32,000 nt of DNA from Methanothermus fervidus DSM 2088 (lineage in GTDB: Archaea; Methanobacteriota; Methanobacteria; DSM-2088; Methanothermaceae). The notes under the pieces were generated by a model that did not search any database, was not told where the DNA came from, and saw nothing but the letters and a program-made list of their open reading frames with translations. The translations under genes and the position numbers were made by a program. The stretch covers positions 660,001 through 692,000 of the forward strand of contig CP002278.1 of assembly GCA_000166095.1 (NCBI GenBank), given 5' to 3'. Of the stretch, positions 27,327-32,000 are shown in pieces (position 1 is the stretch's first letter; the number at the start of each line of letters is the position of its first letter).

Positions 27327-28310
27327 TTGAAACTTGTAAAATGGAAAGATAATCCTATTTTATCTCCTACAGACGATAAATGGCAAAATTTCCAAACATT
27401 TAATGCAGGAGCCATTTTAATTGATGATACTATCCATATTTTCTATAGAGCTATTGGTGAAGATTTTATATCAAGAATTGGATATGCAAAAAGTAAGGAT
27501 GGTATAAATATTGAGGAAAGAAGTTCTTCCCCTGTTTTTGAACATTCCTATCCTTCTCCATTCAACAATAATAGGAATTTAATACCTAATTCTGGAGGAA
27601 GTAGATATGGAGCTGAAGATCCACGTGTAGTTAGGGTAAATAATGATAGGAATTGGAGATGGAAAAACCCTCTTCTTTTATCTCCTATGAATGGAATACA
27701 TAAAAATTGGGTCATATTCCCTGAAAAAATAGGGAAAAGGTATGCAATATTACATACAATATCACCAGAAGTAGATATAGAATATTTAAAGAATTTAAGA
27801 TGTCCTGAAGACATTGAAAGTTATCATTGTCCATTGCCAAAGTTTGGATGGGAAATGTGTGTTAAAGGAGCTGCAGCTCCTCCAATGAAAACAAAAGAAG
27901 GATGGCTTCTCCTTTTTCACGCTATAGGCAAAGACGGATACTATAAAATTGGAGCAATGTTACTTGACAAGAAAAATCCTACTGAAATAATATCTTGTTC
28001 TAATGGACCAATTTTAGAGCCAAAAGAAAATTATGAATTCAGTGGCATAAAACCAGGAGTTGTTTATACAACAGGCGCTGTTATAAAAAATTCTAAACTT
28101 TTGGTATATTATGGAGCTTCAGATACATATCTTTGTGTTGCATATGCAAATATAGATGAGTTTGTCGAAAGTTTATTAGAGGAAAGAGGATGCTATTATG
28201 ATGAAGATGTTAGTAAAAAGATTCAAAGGAAACCCTGTTTTAGAACCAGACCCTCACAGTCCCTGGGAAAGCGAAGCTGTATTCAATGGATGCCCGGTGA
28301 AGAAAAATGA
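27327..28310 (+). CDS. GH130 (DUF377) beta-propeller glycoside phosphorylase/hydrolase-like protein, module 1 (with internal deletion)
   Basis: TTG start. Family blocks are NPILSP...FNAGAI, IHIFYRA, GYAKSKDGINIEERS, GAEDPRV, FPEK, AAPPMKTKEGWLLLFHA, YKIGAMLLD and YYGASDT. It is paralogous to the two modules of the next gene. Confidence 0.7.
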   Translation: MKLVKWKDNPILSPTDDKWQNFQTFNAGAILIDDTIHIFYRAIGEDFISRIGYAKSKDGINIEERSSSPVFEHSYPSPFNNNRNLIPNSGGSRYGAEDPRVVRVNNDRNWRWKNPLLLSPMNGIHKNWVIFPEKIGKRYAILHTISPEVDIEYLKNLRCPEDIESYHCPLPKFGWEMCVKGAAAPPMKTKEGWLLLFHAIGKDGYYKIGAMLLDKKNPTEIISCSNGPILEPKENYEFSGIKPGVVYTTGAVIKNSKLLVYYGASDTYLCVAYANIDEFVESLLEERGCYYDEDVSKKIQRKPCFRTRPSQSLGKRSCIQWMPGEEK

Positions 28311-30093
28311 CAAAATATATTTTCTTTATAGGGCAATGACGCGGAAAAATAAAAATGGAGTTTCTATTTCACAGATAGGCATTGCTGAAAGTTACGACGG
28401 TATCAGTTTTCATAAAAGGAGATTGCTAATAACTCCTGATACTCTTTGGGATTGTTTTGGTTGTGAAGATCCAAGAGTTACAAAATTAAATAATAAGTAT
28501 TATGTATTTTATACAGCTCTTTCTCATTATCCACCAAGACCAGATGGAATCCGTGTAGGACTTGCCATAACTAAAAATTTCAAAAAAATTGATAAAAAAT
28601 ATTTGATTACACATTTTAATGCAAAGGCAATGGCATTGTTTCCAGAAAAAATAAATGGAAAGATATGGGCAATTTTAACTGTACATACAGACCTTCCACC
28701 AGCAAAAATATGTTTAGCATCTTTTAATAATGAAAAGGAAATTTGGTCTCGTGAATATTGGTATAAATGGTACCAAAAATTTGAAGATTACAGTTTACCT
28801 CTACAGAGAAGCAGTGATGATCATATAGAAGTTGGAACTCCACCATTAAAGACACCTTATGGTTGGTTGTTAATCTATTCTTACATAAAGAATTATTTTT
28901 CTGAAAAAGAAAGACTTTTTACAGTTGAAGCAGTATTGCTAGATTTAAAAAACCCATTTAAAATAATTTCAAGGACTAATTTTCCAATTCTTATACCTGA
29001 AGAATATTACGAAAAGACAGGAATTGTATCTGATGTTATATTTCCAAGTGGCGCATTTATTAAAAATAATGTAATTTATTTATACTATGGTGCAGCAGAT
29101 ACAACATGTTGTTTAGCATTCATTGATTTACCTTTTTTAATAAAAACAATGAAACATGGAAAAATCAAAATGAAAAGAGCAGCAAAACGTCCTATAATAA
29201 CACCTATTATTAAACATAAATGGGAATCCAAAGCTACATTCAATCCAGGAGCTATATATCTAAATGGCGAGGTTCATATAATATATAGGGCACTATCAGA
29301 AGATAATACTTCTGTTTTTGGTTATGCAAAAAGTAAAGATGGCATAAATATTGATTATCGATCGTCAGAACCTATATATACGCCAAAAGAACCTTTTGAA
29401 AATAAAAAATTTCCAGATGCGGCCTCTGGCTGCGAGGATCCTAGATTAACAATAATTGATGACAAAATTTATATGTTGTATACAGCATTTGATGGAGAAA
29501 TACCTAGAGTAGCAATGACATCAATAGATGTAAATGATTTCTTAGAGCAAAATTGGAAGTGGGCAAAAGCAAAAGTAATTTCTCCTTTAGATATTCCGGA
29601 TAAAAATGCATGTATATTTCCAGAGAAATATGCTGGAAAATATATAATTGTACATCGTTTAGATGATTCTATACATTATAGTCTTTGTGAAGATTTAAAT
29701 ATTGTGAAGGAGCTTGATGATAATAAATGGATATCACCAAGAAAAAGTATGTGGGATTGCGTAAAAGTTGGAATTGCAGCGCCGCCAATAAAAACTAATA
29801 ATGGGTGGATTTTATTTTACCATGGAGTTGACAAAAACAAAGTTTATAGGGTTGGAGCCTTGCTCTTAGAGTTAGACAATCCATTGAAAATCATACGTAG
29901 ATCTATGTATCCAATTCTTGAACCAGAAATGTGGTATGAAAGATGGGGAATAGTCCCAAATGTAGTGTTTCCTTGTGGAGCAGTGAAAATAAATAAAGAT
30001 ATTTATCTATATTATGGTGCGGCAGATACTGTTGTAGGCGTGGCTAAGATTAAAATAAATGATCTATTTTGGCACCTTGGTGTTAAATTGTGA
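28198..30093 (+). CDS. Tandem double GH130 (DUF377) beta-propeller protein (modules 2 and 3 fused)
   Basis: 631 aa with two full repeats of the GH130 pattern. Module 2 is about aa 1-325 (GCEDPRV, YYVFYTA, YYGAADT). Module 3 is about aa 326-631 (GCEDPRL, IYMLYTA, YYGAADT). AGAGGA lies 7 nt upstream of the ATG. Confidence 0.75.
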   Translation: MMKMLVKRFKGNPVLEPDPHSPWESEAVFNGCPVKKNDKIYFLYRAMTRKNKNGVSISQIGIAESYDGISFHKRRLLITPDTLWDCFGCEDPRVTKLNNKYYVFYTALSHYPPRPDGIRVGLAITKNFKKIDKKYLITHFNAKAMALFPEKINGKIWAILTVHTDLPPAKICLASFNNEKEIWSREYWYKWYQKFEDYSLPLQRSSDDHIEVGTPPLKTPYGWLLIYSYIKNYFSEKERLFTVEAVLLDLKNPFKIISRTNFPILIPEEYYEKTGIVSDVIFPSGAFIKNNVIYLYYGAADTTCCLAFIDLPFLIKTMKHGKIKMKRAAKRPIITPIIKHKWESKATFNPGAIYLNGEVHIIYRALSEDNTSVFGYAKSKDGINIDYRSSEPIYTPKEPFENKKFPDAASGCEDPRLTIIDDKIYMLYTAFDGEIPRVAMTSIDVNDFLEQNWKWAKAKVISPLDIPDKNACIFPEKYAGKYIIVHRLDDSIHYSLCEDLNIVKELDDNKWISPRKSMWDCVKVGIAAPPIKTNNGWILFYHGVDKNKVYRVGALLLELDNPLKIIRRSMYPILEPEMWYERWGIVPNVVFPCGAVKINKDIYLYYGAADTVVGVAKIKINDLFWHLGVKL

Positions 30094-31905
30094 TTACGGA
30101 GCATAAAAAATCCACAATGAAGCAAAGATAATTGCTAAGGCAAAAATTACTGGTGCAACAATTTTACTTACAGCCACTGTAGAACTAATAGTAGATATAA
30201 GTTCTGTAGATGCTGTGGGTCCAAAGGTATTTAATCCTTCTATTCTTATGACTTTGCATCCAACTTCAACTGGTTCTAAATCAGAAATTGCATTTTTTAC
30301 AGACTTTATGATATATTCTATTATTTTTTTTCGATTTTTCATACCTACAGGATTGTAACCTCCAGATAAAGTGTTGACTGAATGTGTGTCAGTTGTCATT
30401 ATTTCTGCATCATCTACATAATTTTTTAATTTTTTTAAAATTTCTTCTCTAAAACCTTTTACCATATTATTTGAATCTAATAGTATATATGCAAATTTTT
30501 GATTATTGACTTTAGTTACCAGTGTTTTGATACCATCTTCTCCAATGCCTTCCTCTTTAGAAATGTCATTTGGCTTTATAGATGAACATCCAACCTCTAT
30601 TGGATATTTTTTAATATTACAGTCTATTTTTTCTATAGCGTCCATAATTTCAAACACTTCTTTATTTCCTGGGAGTATTCTAGCTGTTTCGTTGAAGGAA
30701 TTATGACAATCTACAATTATCACGTTTTTTGAATTACATTTTGCTTTTGCAAGATTCATAGCAGCAAGTCCAACACCAAAATCTATATCATCTGAGCCTT
30801 TTGGTGAAAAGGTTATTAATAACAATAAATCTTTGCCAAAAAACTGTCCTTTAATTTTGCAGTCTTTACTAGAAACTTTAAAAACTTTACTAGCATGTTT
30901 TGAATATTCTATCTTATTTATTTCTTGTTTGATAGCTTTCTCTATTTTATATATTTCTTTAGAGGATACAGGATTGAAATCATGTGTGGAAGGACCATGG
31001 GCAACCATAGTAAACGTATTAAAACGTTTTGACAACAATGCAGGCATGTTAGATCCACCTATTTTACCTATAGGTCCTGGGTGTACACAAGGAGTTATAA
31101 ACAATGCTTTCTTTTTATTTCTGGCTTTAAATGAAATTAGACCAACTAAAGTACTTACAGGTACTCCAATTTCTTTGAATACAGATTCTAACGCTGGTGA
31201 TTCTTCTGTGAGATGTGCTATTGCCATGCTTAATAATTCAAGTGCACCTATACCCAAATTTCTCCTTAAGGGGGATTCAACAACTAATACAAAAGAATAT
31301 ATGGCAAATAAAAATATTGCTGAAGCAATAATTATTTTTATGGAAAGAAGTAGTACACTTAAGTAGCCAACATTCATCGTTATAATATCTAAAAATTTTA
31401 AAATTACAAACATACTTACAATAAGGCCTGGTTGTACAGAACTTATAAGTAATGAATTAGATGCGTTTATATTTGACGTTGTCCATATTATGATCATCCT
31501 TATTGCAAAGACCAATACACAAGTAAAAATAAAAGCATTTAATACAACATCAACTTTAAATATTGCATATATACAACACCCTAAAAGATATATTATTGAT
31601 GATATCGTCATGGCGAAAAATGATAAAAACATGGACTGTTTCATTTTCATTCTTCTTCCACCAAGAGAATTAACCCATGGTTGTGTTATTGCACCACTTA
31701 TAATAGCTGAAACTCCAAAAACTAAAAATCCAAAGGTTCCACCATAAAGAATATTGTAGATAGGATTATGGGCAGTGTCGCAAATAATAAAACTAAGAAT
31801 TCCAATAACAAAACTCACAATTGTTATTGCTAAAAATGAAAATTTTGTATCTGGCAATGATAAAATATATTTTGAAAGATTTTTTATACTCTCCATACTT
31901 GACAT
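30094..31905 (-). CDS. DUF2070-family archaeal membrane protein (about 8-10 TM N-half, soluble C-half, C-terminal TM anchor)
   Basis: 603 aa. The long polytopic N-terminal region is followed by a soluble region with His-rich conserved-looking motifs (CVHPGPIG, VAHGPSTHDFNP, TTDTHSVN) and a terminal hydrophobic helix. The family name is from memory. Confidence 0.6.
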   Translation of the reverse strand: MSSMESIKNLSKYILSLPDTKFSFLAITIVSFVIGILSFIICDTAHNPIYNILYGGTFGFLVFGVSAIISGAITQPWVNSLGGRRMKMKQSMFLSFFAMTISSIIYLLGCCIYAIFKVDVVLNAFIFTCVLVFAIRMIIIWTTSNINASNSLLISSVQPGLIVSMFVILKFLDIITMNVGYLSVLLLSIKIIIASAIFLFAIYSFVLVVESPLRRNLGIGALELLSMAIAHLTEESPALESVFKEIGVPVSTLVGLISFKARNKKKALFITPCVHPGPIGKIGGSNMPALLSKRFNTFTMVAHGPSTHDFNPVSSKEIYKIEKAIKQEINKIEYSKHASKVFKVSSKDCKIKGQFFGKDLLLLITFSPKGSDDIDFGVGLAAMNLAKAKCNSKNVIIVDCHNSFNETARILPGNKEVFEIMDAIEKIDCNIKKYPIEVGCSSIKPNDISKEEGIGEDGIKTLVTKVNNQKFAYILLDSNNMVKGFREEILKKLKNYVDDAEIMTTDTHSVNTLSGGYNPVGMKNRKKIIEYIIKSVKNAISDLEPVEVGCKVIRIEGLNTFGPTASTELISTISSTVAVSKIVAPVIFALAIIFASLWIFYAP

Positions 31906-32000
31906 TTTTTCACATCCAATTTTTTAATTTCATGAAAAGACTGTTGAATAGATTTTTATCTAAAAGATATAATATTTTTGAATCCTGGTGAGAAAATGAA

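Noticed and set aside
1-32000. A CRISPR array or cas genes associated with the Csa3-like regulator
   Set aside because: I found no regularly spaced direct repeats of 24-40 nt anywhere in the window and no Cas protein motifs in any ORF.
31996-32000. The start of another plus-strand gene at the window edge (GGTGAG followed by ATGAA)
   Set aside because: Only 5 nt are available, so it cannot be supported as a feature.

Overview
This is a densely packed, visibly AT-rich archaeal chromosome segment from a methanogen. GC content was not computed. The gene order rps17e, chorismate mutase, GHMP-type shikimate kinase, CPHC thioredoxin, cbiD, GT4 glycosyltransferase, moaC, hel308, UPF0305 matches, from memory, the MTH803-MTH812 region of Methanothermobacter. 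I therefore place it in an AT-rich member of the Methanobacteriales; the species is not determinable here. About 37 protein genes are supported, mostly housekeeping. They include an F420-themed stretch (cofH, a CofA-like aldehyde dehydrogenase, F420-reducing formate dehydrogenase fdhAB, F420-dependent sulfite reductase fsr). There is also a diphthine synthase / FAH / methyltransferase operon, mtaD, and an accessory-looking locus with a Csa3/CARF-like wHTH regulator followed by three GH130 (DUF377) beta-propeller modules and a DUF2070 membrane protein. I found no rRNA, tRNA, CRISPR array, transposase or integrase. The outstanding anomaly is at 18.3-20.6 kb. The dihydroorotase gene pyrC sits alone between the two largest non-coding regions of the window, and these are imperfect inverted repeats of each other, with arms of about 365 and 410 bp. 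Each arm carries the same BRE/TATA-like element pointing inward, a pyrimidine tract and a leader-like sequence. A 36-bp near-perfect complementarity covers the pyrC Shine-Dalgarno on one side and its last codons plus stop codon on the other. No recombinase is associated. This looks like an undescribed RNA-level (5'-3' panhandle, antisense or attenuator) or DNA-level (orientation-neutral invertible) arrangement around a pyrimidine-biosynthesis gene. All homology calls come from reading the supplied translations and recalling family motifs; no database search was run.
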